In this document: piece by piece, positions 37,535-51,580 of the stretch
Position numbering within the stretch: the stretch's first letter is position 1
How the letters are laid out: each line of letters starts with the position of its first letter
The notes under the pieces: generated by a model
Database searches by the model: none
What the model saw: the letters and a program-made list of their open reading frames with translations, nothing else
What the model was told of the DNA's origin: nothing
Translations under genes and position numbers: made by a program
NCBI RefSeq assembly: GCF_006345805.1
Contig: NC_043006.1
Location: forward strand, 35,030,001-35,094,000
Reading direction: 5' to 3'
DNA from: Octopus sinensis
Taxonomy: Eukaryota
Length of the DNA stretch: 64,000 nt

Positions 37535-37674
37535 TTAAGGGGATTACTATACACAAATGCCTCACGCTAGGAGGGACTCTAAAAGTCAAAACTACCATAA
37601 TAGTAGTATTATGGTAGTTTTTATTTCCAGAGTCCCTCCTAGCGTGAAGCATTTATGTATAGTGATGCCCTTAA
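37535..37674. mobile_element. 140-bp hairpin MITE bounded by TTAA (Kolobok-like termini)
   Basis: TTAA-GGGG...CCC-TTAA; ~68-bp arms, 4-nt loop at 37603-37606. Confidence 0.75.
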
Positions 37675-37779
37675 CATGAATAAATATATTTAAATGGAAA
37701 AATTAATAAATTTTTCCCTTGTGAGGTTTTTCACACTAACTACCTGATAACTACCTGATTTTATCCTATTTTTTAACGA

Positions 37780-37825
<46 letters not shown>

Positions 37826-38129
37826 TATATATAGCAGGTCCGTAATGACTTTTGGCATTGCATATTTTACAGTCTGGCTTCATTTCAATTTTAAAGTTAC
37901 ATTTAATGTTACATTAAGGTAGCAGTAATAGATACGCTTCACTTTTCCCTTGGTTCTCTCTTTTACGTCTACGACTACTCTGACCTATGGATATGAATAG
38001 GTATATACGTGTATGAGCTTGTGTGCCTCACTGTGTATGTAGAATTCTCTTCTGTACTTTCGCCCCGGTTTCAGTATTACCCTCCATCTATCGCCCCCTT
38101 CACTTCTCTCCCTGTATGCGTATGTATGC

Positions 38130-38166
<37 letters not shown>

Positions 38167-38304
38167 TGTCTGTATACATATATACATGTATATACATATA
38201 CATACATATATACATACATATACATATTTATATATATATATACATACATACATATATGAATACATACATATATATATATTCACAGATATATATACATATG
38301 TATG

Positions 38305-38348
<44 letters not shown>

Positions 38349-38783
38349 CATATGTATATATGTGTGTGTGTGTGTATGCATGTGTGTATGCATGTATGTA
38401 TGTATTTATAGGCATGTACATTCACACATACATATTTGTATACAGATAGATAGATACGTGCACACATACATACAACAAACATTCATTCATACATATATAC
38501 ATACAGGCATGCATAAATACAGATTCATACATACATACTTACATACACACACATACTTTCATTCTGCTATTCTTTCACTAATTTCAATTATTGAAATTCA
38601 GCAATACCGGGATTAATGCCCTGAAGGGTTTAATCGATTAAATCTATCTTACTCCTTTTTAAAATCTGCTAGCTAATGTCGGTGTATGGGTGTGGGTGTG
38701 TGGGCGTGTTTGGGGATATTAGTGTATATGTCTATGTATCTAAACTCTATATATACACACACATACATATATATATATATAAT

Positions 38784-38833
<50 letters not shown>

Positions 38834-39188
38834 ACATTAGATACATACATATATAGATAAAGGTGAGAGACAGAAAATGGAATTCACGAGACTGTTTATT
38901 CAGAAGCACTACGATCGTTTTGACTCATCATGCCTTCGTATCTTACAGATAAAATGTCGTACAATGAATTGACAAGCATTATGGGTGCAAATGCGTCTCT
39001 CCTAGATGACTTTTCAAAATGTACTTCGTTTCTTAACTACCGTTTCGCTTACTTTTATAACAATGCATTTTAGTTAGTGTAACATTACATCTGTATACAT
39101 AATGAACTGACACAATGAAAGAAGCCGTCTCATTTAAACAAATGAAGCCATAAAAATATAATAAAGTATACAAGAATGAAAGAATATG

Positions 39189-39236
<48 letters not shown>

Positions 39237-39327
39237 CGTGTAAGTATGTATAAATATATATATATATATACGCCTTTTACACTTTTACTAGTTTCAGCCC
39301 GTGGGATGCGTTCATGTTACGGCTTCT

Positions 39328-39770
39328 TTAAAAATTCTGGGAAGTATACAACCTACGAGAAAACGTTTTAAAAGTCTCTGCAATACTTTTGCGGGAGCTT
39401 TTTTTGCCTGTCTTTAAAAGAACAACAGGGAAACAATCAGGGCCCACCGATATTGCATCGTCTACTTCAATGTCGATGTAATCGACGGCTGCCTCTTTGC
39501 TGTGTGGATCTATGTTGTTGGTGAACTCATCAGGCTTGTTTACTTGCCTATTTTCCGTTTTAGTGCTGAAAAACAATATGGAATAGGTTATTGAACTACT
39601 GGGGTCTGCAGTTAGTGAACCCTTTCCTTCAAATTTTGGCCTTATATTGTAACGCACCGAGAAAGATTCTTTTGCTAACTTGTAGATGGCCTTAGAGTTA
39701 ATTTGTAGCTTTTTCAACTACCCTGGCTTCTCTTTCCTTTCTTATCATTTGCATAACCTCCATGATATTT
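39328..39770 (-). mobile_element. CR1-group LINE ORF2 fragment (EN-RT linker)
   Basis: NSKAIYKLAKESFSVRYNIRP..GSLTADP..AISVGPDCFPVVLLK. Confidence 0.65.
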
Positions 39771-42700
39771 TATGACTTACTTGAATTCGTGGAAAAATTT
39801 CAGTTGGTTCTCGTACTGGATATTGTCCATTGTAAGTATTTTTAACTTTTCCCTAAAGAAAAGGAACTTTTTAGCTTTCCGCAGCTTCTGTATTTAACAG
39901 GGGCTTCGAGGTATGAAGAGTTATTTTATAAGAATCTCTCTTCTTTGTAGTAGTATTGTTGCGTCCATTCTGACTGACTCCTGCACGTCCATCGTATTTC
40001 ATTAATATTGACACTGATATATTTATGGACAATACCTCGATCATACAGAAGAGTGGAATGATATAAAAAATCATGAATATTATTATTGTTGTTGTTTTTG
40101 TTGTTGTTACTTGTTTTTCAGAAGGTTCGTTCGCTGAATCAGAAGTGGCCCACAGCTAAACAACAACAACAACAACAGCATCTACTACTATAGCAAAACA
40201 AATCAGAAATAAGTAAATAAAGGATGAGTGTTTACAACTAACGACCAATGAATGAGAGAATGCGAGTGAAAGAGGGAAAGTAGGGGAGTGCGAGGAAAGG
40301 CAGTTTGAATCTCTGAAAGGAAATAAAAAAAAAAGACAAAATGACGTTGGATAATTTCGTAGAGAACAGCTGATGACAAAAATACGATCTGACATTAATG
40401 TAGATAAGTATACTGTAAAAGCAGTTGAAAGACACAAAGAGTGGAATACGAATGAAGCTTTAAATAAACCACTATTTACCCAAATAGCATAAACAGTTTC
40501 CTGATATTTTTCCACTATATCGTTATTATTGATTCCTCTCGGAGGACGGCTCTTTCAATCAATAACTAAAGGAGCCAGCAAACCGAACAAAATTCTTATC
40601 TCCGTATTCTTGCTGTTCCTTCGAAATTATTGATGGACGATGAAAAACTTTCAAAGAAATTTCGTCTTCATTATTTTTTTCATTTGCCGTTTTTTCTTCT
40701 TTTACTCTTTCGTTTTTGCTTCTTTTCGTTTGTACTTTCCGTTGCGTTTTTTTTTACGTAATTTCTGCGCATATATCATAATGCTTCGTTTTGTTTGTGA
40801 GCTTTATATTCCTTTTGTGTATGTGTTTCTCTGTATTTGTTTGTGCGTACACATAAGGGCGTGCGTGTGTGTGTGTGAGGGTATATGCCTATGCATGCTT
40901 GTAATCGCGCATGTGTGTGTGTGCACACATGTGCTTTCTTCGACGCTCGATTGGCAACGACCCTTTTGGTTACTTGGCTTACACTAGTCAAATTCCCTTC
41001 AGTGGATGGATGATCGATGATGTACAGGGGTAAGTTGATGTACATTGATTGAGTGATCGATGTATCGGGTGGTCTGCAAGTTTTTTGTAACGATCAGAAT
41101 AAATAAATCGAGAGAGAGCAAATAGAGAGAGAAGGCAGACAGAGATAGAAATAGAGAGAGAGAGGAGAGAGAGAGAGAGAAGGCAGACAGAAATAGAGAT
41201 AGAGAGAGAAGGCAGACAGAAATAGAGACAGAGAGACAGAGAGACAGAAACAGAGAGACAGAAGGAGAGAGAGAGAGAGACAGAAAGACAGAAAGACAAA
41301 AAGACAGAATGAGAGAGAGACAGAAAGAGGCAGAGAGGCAGAGAGGCAGAGTTAGATAGACAGACACAGATAGATAGACAGTCCGATTCACTTTGTCTGC
41401 CGCTTTCTCAATTCCGATATCACCTTTTGTGACGTATGTTTCAAGCTATACCAAAACTTTTTCTTTGATATTTTAAGCAAGCTACTTACCACACAGCCAC
41501 TCCTACGTCTATGAATATTTCTAAAGTGTTTCAGCTCGAAAGCTGCAGTCCTGCTGGGACACCACCGTTGATAGTTGAAGCCTGACGGTTTTTCTCATTA
41601 TGTCATTAATTGAGAATGTGTTTACTAATTAAACCATTACATCATTTTTCCTGTGTAGTTTAGGTTTTACAGCCAGTATTTTGTGGTTTACTGGAATATT
41701 TTACTCATGCTTCTTTGGGGTGATATATGTCACTCACCATACTGTTTTCCGATCAAATTTAACTCCGAGCTTTGTATCACAATTGATTTCATCATAGTTA
41801 TTTGGTTATGTTGGTTTCTGTGTTGTTTGTTATGAGTTAACACTAAATATAGTTTGATTAATTCAAATATATATTTATATAACAATGCATACTCTGAAGG
41901 ATTTAATTATAAACAACTGTTCGACAAGGGTGAAAAGCGATCACAATGTATTACATGTCAGTATACCCAACTTGGTAGAACTGAGGTAACTAAACTTCCC
42001 AGACAGACGAAGAATCAAATTCCAAGATCCCTAGCTTTTACTATCGCACCCCGTAAGTATAATTTACACAAACAAAAATATGATATATCAACATGTTCGA
42101 GAACCGTTTCAAAGTTCGTTTCCTCAATAATAAACCATCTTTCGGAACGCGGAAATGAGAAAGAGAACAGATTCATACAGGAATGTACAGGAACGGTTGT
42201 GCAGGCTATTTCAATATCATCTACGGAATTATGAAGAGTACAATACTCTCATGAACGAAGCAAAGAAACGTAATATTTGCACCGCCGAGAAATATTGTAG
42301 TTAACTGATATGTTAACCGAAATAATATCCAAATATTATTACAAAAACAATTTTCATTTGCTAACTTACAAAAAAGAACTTTCTCAAACAAATTTTAGGT
42401 TCACAGTATGCAATTTCTCCCAATACAGAATACCGAAATTATTTTTTTTACTTTTTTACAAGGAGCCATATGACAACAGTACTTTCGGTGCGACGTTTTA
42501 TGCAATTTAAACTAACACAATATGCATTCGCGCAATTGTGTGTATTTGTAAAAATGATATTGAGTGATGCTCTAGCACCTCAAATGAACATATGCGCAGT
42601 GGAATTCCATATAAAATACACCCCAAAAGATGAGTGAGTCATCATGGCTGGCTCGCCTTTTCTGTGAATTCAATCTTCCTGGAATTATCAGGGGTTACAA

Positions 42701-43007
42701 AAATTAAAGTAAAATTAAACACATTGAGGTTATGGGACACTTGCGGCTGGAAAGCCATTCCATGTATCCGTTTAGAAAAAAGTAAAGAAATTACAATTTA
42801 AGGCAAAGCACTTAATGTATTGACTAAAGTTGATGTATTCATTAATTGGAATAATTACACTTAGATGTCTAGTCCTGTCACTTTCACTTACAATTCACCT
42901 ATCTGACGAATTTCAAGTGCACGAAACAGCACTGGCTTTGTGGGCGTCATATAACAATATATGCATATACATGCATAAATATATATATACATATACATAT
43001 ATATATA

Positions 43008-43051
<44 letters not shown>

Positions 43052-43117
43052 CATATATTACATTTTGTTTTATAGTATATATAATACTGTGTTATGTTTT
43101 ATTTTTTATATTATATA

Positions 43118-43159
<42 letters not shown>

Positions 43160-43539
43160 TATTATATGTACATATGTATGTATATGCCGGCAGACATAAA
43201 GTCGTTGCTTTATGTCGATGAGTGCTTTTAATCCAATGTTATGGTGGGTGTAACAATACAAGTAATACTACTACTACTACTACTACTACTACTAATAATA
43301 ATAATAATAATAATAATAGGCTATAAAAACATCCATGCCACTTCAGATCAATATTTTATTCTCGTCCGAATGATGGAATATGCGAGAAACAAAAAGAAAC
43401 CACAAAATATAACAAATAATACACAAATAATATAAACGCGAACAAGGCAGCCATTTTAACTGAAAGCTGTTAAGACTAAACAAATACAGAACAATTTCCA
43501 CCCAGCATTCAGAAACACCGTGTTCGTTCATGATTGTGC

Positions 43540-43552
43540 TGTTGTTGTTGTC

Positions 43553-43602
<50 letters not shown>

Positions 43603-43935
43603 TTGTTGTTGTAACAAATGTAGTAGTAGCGGTAGTAGTTGTTGTTGTTCTTTTATAGTATTTATATTTTTGCTTTTATTTTATTAATATGTTATTGTTT
43701 ATGTTGCTTTTATTATTAATGTTATTACTACAATCATTACTATTGTAAAATCCCTTCAGCCTCCACCATTGTGGATAATATTGTAATTATTGTTGTTATT
43801 ATAAAAAGCAATCATGATCATCATGATCATCATCATCATCATCATCATCATCAACATCATCATAATCATCATTGCCATCATCATCATCATCACCACCATC
43901 ACCATCATAATTCTCCCCTCCTCCTCCTCATCATT
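43540..43935. repeat. (ATT)n/(CAT)n trinucleotide tracts
   Basis: Direct reading. Confidence 0.9.
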
Positions 43936-43940
43936 ATTTT

Positions 43941-44394
43941 CAGTATTTTTCCCAAGTTTCACTTTAAAAGGAAATTGAGAATGGAGAAGGAAGTTCAGTC
44001 CCTCAAGTGAGTTTACTGAACGGTGGGTGAAAGTTGCAAAAATGGCAAGAGTGGATGGTATCTCTAAGTGTAGACCTGTGAGTCGGAAAGAAGGAATTGG
44101 AGAGGGCACTTTTTCCTGGTGTTTCTGGGAAATCTCGGACAGTGGGGTCGTTCGATTATCCCTAGAGGCTTTCTTGTATCATGAGGGCCACATTTCTATC
44201 ATACTCCCCACCATTTTTTTAAACCTTTGAATGCTATGTATATGTCACTTCTTTTCCAGTGTATACCGTGTATACTTTCTGTCGTTCTTTCATTTAAAAA
44301 TTTTTTTTATCATTTCATTATATGTAAACTTTGTCTTTATATCTATCTTTGTATTGTCCCACCCTCATCCTTCGCCCCTGTGGCAAATAAATTA

Positions 44395-44395
<1 letters not shown>
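43941..44395 (+). mobile_element. Diverged Tx1-related 3' fragment (D) ending at (ATT)n
   Basis: FHFKRKLRMEKEV / FTERWVKVAKMARVD aligns to YHLKRKVRMEREV..WVNVAKMVR of copy A. 3' end gcccctgtggcaaataaa. Confidence 0.8.

Positions 44396-44464
<69 letters not shown>
44396..44464. repeat. (ATT)n shared by two retrotransposon 3' ends
   Basis: Direct reading. Confidence 0.95.
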
Positions 44465-44467
<3 letters not shown>

Positions 44468-45167
44468 TAGTTTTATTTTTATAGCGTGCTTTCACTTCAC
44501 TACCGAGCGCAGCTCTGTGTGCCTTGGGTATGTGCTGTGATTTGTTGTGATGCTCTGATGGTTATTGTATGGAAGTGTTCTGCGTAGGATGTGTGCAGTG
44601 CCTAGTAGTGCAATTTTCTGTATGTTATATGTGTTTGTAAGTCCTGGTGTTTTTGTTATGTATTGTCTGAATATTTTTTTATCATGCCTAATGCACCTAC
44701 TATGATAGGAATTGTTTCTGTTTTCAGATTCCACATTCTAGTTACCTCTATTTCCAGGTCTTTGTATTTTGAGAGTTTCTCCTTTCTTTTAGAGACACAT
44801 TGTCATCTGCCGGTATTGATACATCAATTAGAAAGCATTTTTTTCTTCATGATCTCTGACAACTATATCTGGTCTGTTGGCCTTAATTTCTCTATCTGTG
44901 TGTATCGGCATATCCAGAGTATGGTTGCTTTCTCGTTTTCTGTGACCTTTTCTGGTGTGTGCCTATACCATCTTTTTTCTGTTGTTATTCCATAATGTTG
45001 GCATAGCTTCCAATGTATGTAGGTTCCAACTCTGTCATGTCTGTGAATATATTCCTTCTTAGCCAGGACTGGGCAGCTAGAGATAATATGATTTATTGTT
45101 TCTTGTCCATCTCCACATATTCTGCAGTTACTTGTAATATTTCTTTTCATTACATGTTTTTGGTAAT
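44465..45167 (-). mobile_element. R4/Dong-clade RLE retrotransposon, 5'-truncated, in (TAA)n
   Basis: CRICGDGQETINHIISSC (CCHC), RHDRV, ILW, RPD, IALLGTAHILRR. (TAA)n on both sides (44396-44464, 45168-45230). Confidence 0.88.
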
Positions 45168-45173
45168 TATTAC

Positions 45174-45230
<57 letters not shown>

Positions 45231-45234
45231 CAAG

Positions 45235-45470
45235 TCTTGTAGAATCGTTAGCGCGTTGAACAAAATGCTTAGTGACATTTCATCCGTCCTGATGTTCTGA
45301 GTTCAAATTCTGCTGATGGTCAACTTTGCCTTCCATCTTTTCGAGGTTAATTAAACAAGTAACAGTTGGGCACCGGGTTCTATAAAATATGCATCAGTTG
45401 AGCAATAGTATCGATGTAATTAATTAGCACCTCCCCACAAAATTCCAGGCCTTGTGCATAGTGTAGAGAG
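45235..45470 (+). mobile_element. Degenerate family-1 SINE
   Basis: agaatcgttagcgcgttgaacaaaatgcttagtg..gttctgagttcaaattctgc. Confidence 0.65.
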
Positions 45471-46267
45471 AATTTTCGCTCTCGAAATCTATCTCCAAAG
45501 TTGATTGGTTTTCAGATTTCCGTGAATTTGTGCTTCTTTCCTTTTAGGGAGCCTGTTTTTGTTGATTTTATCGTTCTTTCTTGTTTTTAGTTAAACAGAG
45601 CCATAAACGGATGACCAACCGTTGTTATAGCTCGCTCTATGGGGTAAATTTTTAACAAAATATAGCATTTTTCTTTACAGGAAAACATTTACAAAATGAC
45701 GTCGGCTTTGATCGTCCGTCATCGACATAACTGCAAAAGATTGTTTGGAAGGAGTAACTCTCTTTTGCAGTCAATTCATATTACACAGAACTACAAGCTT
45801 AGTTGTAATTAAAAATGGCAGTAGCGACAACAGCAACACGACAAACAATAACAGGACCAGAACAAGTAAAAAGGCATATTGAAGAAACAAGCTCGACAAG
45901 TAGCTTTTGCCCCGGAGCATCTTCCCATAAAAAAAATTAATGTTTCACACTAATATCGAATTATCTATAACAGAGAACTTTCAAGTGAAAATATTGTTCA
46001 TGTCCTGCTGTTACAAATGATACGCAGAGATTGGCCGAGTTGTGACATCTTGAATGTTTCCTTGAGCGTCGTGAACAGGTGTGGTTGCCGTTTGCCAGAT
46101 TCATTTTTCGATATGACGTCTTATTGACCTAGCTGCAATTCTGGATTCAGCATAGGTGGAAGCAGTACACATGACACCTAAAGTATTGTCAGACACTCAT
46201 AACCAATCGGATAATGCAGTCGACTGAAGTTCCACTATGCCGTTCAAAGGAGGGTAACTGATTGGTA

Positions 46268-46588
46268 GTGAAGGCTCGTGGCTTAGTGCTTATGGTATTC
46301 GGCTCACGATCGTAAGGTAGTGAGTTCAATTCCCAGCGACGCGTTGTGTCTTTGAGCAAGACACTTTACTTCACGCTGCTGCAGTCCACTCAGCTGGCAA
46401 AAATGAATAGTACCTGTATTTCAAAGAGCCGGCCTTGTCACACTCTGTGTCACGCTGAATCTCCCTAAGGACTACGTTAAGGGTTCACGTGTCTGTGGAG
46501 TGATCAGCCACTTGCACGTTAATTTCACGAGCAAGCTATTCCGTTGATCTTATGAGCACTTCGTCGTCGTAACCGACGGAGTGCTCCT
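46268..46588 (+). mobile_element. tRNA-derived SINE (family 5)
   Basis: gtggcttagtgc..gagttcaattccc head; tail ending gtaaccgacggagtgctcc as in 7670. Confidence 0.85.
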
Positions 46589-46599
46589 TTTTTTTAAAG

Positions 46600-47371
46600 T
46601 GAGTGGCAAGAGCAGTGACATTCTTGGCGTGACTCTAGATGACCACGAGAATGAACCGGTTGGTGTTCCGTCGGATTTTCATGGATGATTTCCAGAAATC
46701 TTTGGTTTGACAGTGCTACAGGGGGGATGAGTGAGGGTATTGTTGGTTCGAACCTGCGTGTGATGCTCACAGAACTATGAAACTATTCTGCACGCACTCG
46801 CCTGATTTGTAGTGATATGTCGAACACCTACAGGCAATTTTAACACGGATCCGTATATCAGCTGAGCAATTTCGAAAGATCGTTTCACCACCTTTCTTTC
46901 GCTAGGAATGAAAGGTAGTATTTGTCTGTGGCCGTAGTGAAAGTGGTTGCAGGATGAACCAGATTGATGGGCTGAAGGCAAATACTTTCCTCTTTGCCCA
47001 AGCTTTCATCGGCTTTCTAAAATTTCAGTTGAAAAGGAAAGTGCAAATGGAGGGCGAAGTGCTTTCTAACCAGCAAAGTAGCTGAAAAGTGGCAGAGAGT
47101 GGCAAGGGTGCTCATAGCGAACGGGTCTGCTCTGAGTATACGCCCGTTGAGTGGGAAAAGGCATTTGCCTTTGCGGTCAGGGTAACCGTGAATTTGTGAG
47201 ATTTTCCCAATAAGCCTCTAGAAGTCTTTACTCTTTTGAAAATTCCCCTCGCTTTAATATTTTTTCCGTTCTTTTTACATTTTGAACGTCCTCATGTAAC
47301 CCCCACATCAAATTATATTGTGTGTATTCTCACCACTCTGATCGTAAACCTTTAGTGCTTAATAAAGAAAT
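46600..47371 (+). mobile_element. Old Tx1-related 3' fragment (E)
   Basis: DFQKSLV*QCYRG, CSQNYETILHAL, FQLKRKVQMEGEVLS. Ends cttaataaagaaat followed by degenerate att repeats. Confidence 0.8.
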
Positions 47372-47885
47372 CATTTTTGTTATTATTCGCATGTGTGTAT
47401 CTACCTATTCGTCTATGTTTAGATAAGTATATAGAGGCTTTTAACAAAATTAACTTCAAGTTACATCCTATAAAACAGCAACATTTATGTACCTCGTAGA
47501 ATTTTCTTTTATAAAAACACTCCTAAAATATATTAAGATTTCTCCGCACTCCTACCTTTTACATCCATTTGTCATTCAATAAAAGCGTTCCTGTTTGCCT
47601 CGACCCCATTACATGTTGGCTTCGTTTTGTTTCCGTTCAATTTGTAACATCGTTTCTTGATTTGTTGTTTTAATTCCTCCAAGTTTTAGTAATGCTTTTT
47701 TTTCCTCCCATTCTTAGTGGTGGAAGTGGTTGTGATTCTGCATTCTTTTATTTATTTCATTTTTCCGTTTTGTTTTGTTTATGCTTTCGTTTTTGTTATT
47801 GTTCTTCCTGTGTTCTTATTGCAGTCAGTTTCTTCTGATGCTACGCGCACACTCACACACAAGTTATTAACCACACACAACCACA

Positions 47886-47921
<36 letters not shown>

Positions 47922-48089
47922 GTAATATATATATGTATATATATATATATTATATATATATATATATAGATATATATGTGTATTGTATATATATTATATA
48001 TATAATATATATAATATATATATATATCATTATATATTATATAATATACATATATATTATACATATATATATATATTATATATATTATA

Positions 48090-48121
<32 letters not shown>

Positions 48122-49181
48122 GATAGAGGAGAGAGAAAGATAGTGAGAAAAGGAGACAGAGGGGAGAAGAAAGAAAGACAGACAGATAGATTTACATATA
48201 CATACGCACATACACATATACTATATATTCTGTATATATTTATTATCTAATTCCATTGTTTTCGTGTATTTTGGTTTCTTTTGTTTTTCTATTTGTATTT
48301 TTTCATGTTGCTGCTCCTTTTGCTTCAATGATTTTGATGTAAGGTTTTTGGGGTCATGCTTAAAGCAACGTTCGACATCAGGCATAAGATATGTTCTTCA
48401 CTTTACTTGCAGAGCAATTCAGAGGATTTATTACGTGCCCTTAACTAAAATTTAGTTAGGGAACGAGAGACGATGTTCTGCGAGATGCACTTAATGTCAA
48501 GGATGACCAACTTGCCAGATTCTTCCGGATGAATTGCAGGTCGGGAATCATCGACACCTCCCAAAAGTCTCCGGCCTGGCATGTACGGTGAGGCTTTGCT
48601 TATTCAAAATATATTCGATGGATAAGGTTGTGCTGTCAGCCGAACGAACATAACCTATGATGAACGATGAGTAACGAAACCGTTATCTTTAGCCTCGATC
48701 ATTACTAAAGTGGATGACCTGTGGAGATGTGTTGACCATCTGTTTTCCTGTATGAGGGTCCAGCTGTTATCCCGGCCTGTAAGAAAAATCAGTTTCTTTT
48801 TAGCATAAAATTAAAGGCAAATTTATTCCGTGTAGAGATGGCAGAAACGTTAGCCTGCCGGGAAAAATGCTTAGAGCAGGGACATGCCGCCTGGGTAGGC
48901 AAGGTAAGCAGTACCTACCCTGAGTAAAATAGATCGATAGCAATATTTTCCTTTTATGGCAAAATATGCACCTAATTTAATAAAATTATGAAGCTTAGTC
49001 TGCTTACAATGCATAAAATGCAAATTATCTCGTACATATATACATACATACATGCATACATACATTTATACATACATAATATGTATTTATATTAAACTAC
49101 GAATGAAAAGCATTTTTAAGAATATAAACATTATCGGTCACACATACATCGTATATGTGTTTTGTTAATACGCCAAAATTT

Positions 49182-49410
49182 GTTGCGGCATAGCATCCGG
49201 CAAAAAGCTCCTCAAACAACGCCGGGTGCTAAATAACACTCAAGATTATCGAAATACATGGTATATGTAAGCCACTACAGCGACGAAATATCGATATCTA
49301 CTATTCTCGATCATTCCGAGATGAGTTATCTGGATTGGTCTGTGATATTCAGGTGTTCTTTAATTCCCGGTGTCGTTTGGGGAACTTTGCCTATGAAGCT
49401 ATCCCGCAAT
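49182..49410. mobile_element. Degenerate MITE with ~45-bp imperfect TIRs
   Basis: gcggcatagc..ctcctcaaacaacgccggg versus cccggtgtcgtttggggaac..gctatcccgc. Confidence 0.55.
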
Positions 49411-50099
49411 ATATTTAGAGTATGACCAAAGCACATACACTATTTATGTGCAACCGCTAAAATATTTATATGTAGTTAATATATCTGTTTGTTTTATTGT
49501 ATACTGTAGATAAGAACTTGCAAATACGGACGTAAGTCGGTTTAAACTTTTACACAGCATACAAATTACAGTATTTGTATCGAAAGAGATAGAGACACTT
49601 TCTGTGCGTTTGTATTCATATACATAAGAGGTGGTTAAGTTTGACCGTTACATCACTTGGACTCGCAGCAACAAGAAAATATGTCTAATCGCTATGGTTG
49701 CGCCGTCCAAAAGCTGTAGATTTAATTCTCCCACAATGCAACACCGTGACGTGCGCCATCCTGTGGTCGATGGATAAGACAACTGGTTTCAAGGGAGGTA
49801 ACTGTCAATAATATCATTTACATATTTATACTGTTTATCTTCCTATCTAAAATTGTAAATTTTTGAGATTTCAGGATAAATTTTTCTACACTTAAGCAGA
49901 AAAATCTTTCACATAACATTCGCACAACTTTCGCACAAACATAGAGAAAGTAATATCATTTGCTTCAATTAACCATTCTGTTTAAAGCTGCAGTCCAACT
50001 TAGCCAGAAATATATTAAATCTCATTAATGAACACTAATCAACCAGTCATTAGTTGCCGGAATTTATACAACTGAAATGACGTAAAGATCAGATGTAGT

Positions 50100-50800
50100 T
50101 GTTAGCTGTGACAGATATCTGTATGTGTGTGTGTGTGTGATGAGTGTGTGTGTGATATGCTGGTTTATGTAGCATCTGTGTGGTATGTGTGCGTGGTATG
50201 TTTGCGCGTGTGGCATGTGTGTGTGGTGCATGTGTGTCTGTAGTGTGTGTGTGTGTGTGGTTTCTTTTTGTATGTGTCGTGTGTATGGTGAGTGTGTGTG
50301 GTGTATGTGGTGTGTATGGCCGCGGTGTGTGTGCGGTGTGTGCATGCATGTGTGTGGTGTGTTTGTGGGTGTGTGTCGGCGTGTGCGTGTGGTGTGTGTG
50401 TGTAGTATATGTGTGTGTGGTGTATGTGTGTATGGTGTGTGTGTGTGTCGTGTGTGTGTGCGTGGTGTGTATGTGTGTGCGTGTGTGTGCTAATTTTCTC
50501 TTCATGAGGTAAAGCAAACTATTTATTGTAGTGTCTGCGAGTGTTTCTTTACTGATTGACGGTATTTATGTGTGTGTGTGTGTATATATATGTGTGTAGG
50601 AATGTATATATATGTATATGTTTATATATATATATATATGTGTTTAGATAGATAGTTACATACATACATACGTACATGCATACTTGCATACATATACAAA
50701 TGATATATATACATACATACACATACACGCATACACACATACACACACATTGTATATTTATTCTACTCTACATATTCAGTTTCTGTACATGAATTCAAAA

Positions 50801-50838
<38 letters not shown>

Positions 50839-50864
50839 TTCTCTCTCTCGCAGTCTCTCTCTCG

Positions 50865-50914
<50 letters not shown>

Positions 50915-50987
50915 AAGAATGTATATATGTATAAGCATGTATATATATATATATATATATAAAAGATAGATAGATAGATAAATAAAC

Positions 50988-51053
<66 letters not shown>

Positions 51054-51140
51054 ATAGATACATACATACATACATACATACATACATACATACATACATA
51101 CATACATACATAAATATATATATGTACGTGTGTGATTGTT

Positions 51141-51180
<40 letters not shown>
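50100..51180. repeat. Compound TG-rich, (CT)n, (GATA)n, (CATA)n and (TA)n tracts
   Basis: Direct reading; GATA array ~50964-51060 is unoccupied. Confidence 0.9.
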
Positions 51181-51182
<2 letters not shown>

Positions 51183-51541
51183 TGGATGTAAATGTATATT
51201 TATTTGTAAGTGTATTCATGTGTATATGGATGCGCGTGTGTGGGTGGCAAGATTAAAGTTTATGCAAGCGAAATTGTCGATTGCGAGGCGTTTTATTGCA
51301 TAGCACAGTGGGGTTTCCTATTCGATAATAAAGAGTCATTCCTAAACACATTAAGTTTGTCCTTCATTCGTTTGAGTCAACCCACGCTGCTCTTCTGCTT
51401 CAATCAACGTTCTTCACGTCACTGTGGCGAACTAATAATGGCGTTAAATTCCCAACACCGAACCGGACGTGTTTTACTCTCTAGCAGTCATGTCGTAATG
51501 CTTTCGTGCCTATCTATTTATCTATCTATCCATCCATATAT

Positions 51542-51580
<39 letters not shown>

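Noticed and set aside
45666-45800. Strong plus-strand acceptor ttttctttacag|G at 45680
   Set aside because: No good donor, and frames close quickly; cannot be supported as a coding exon.
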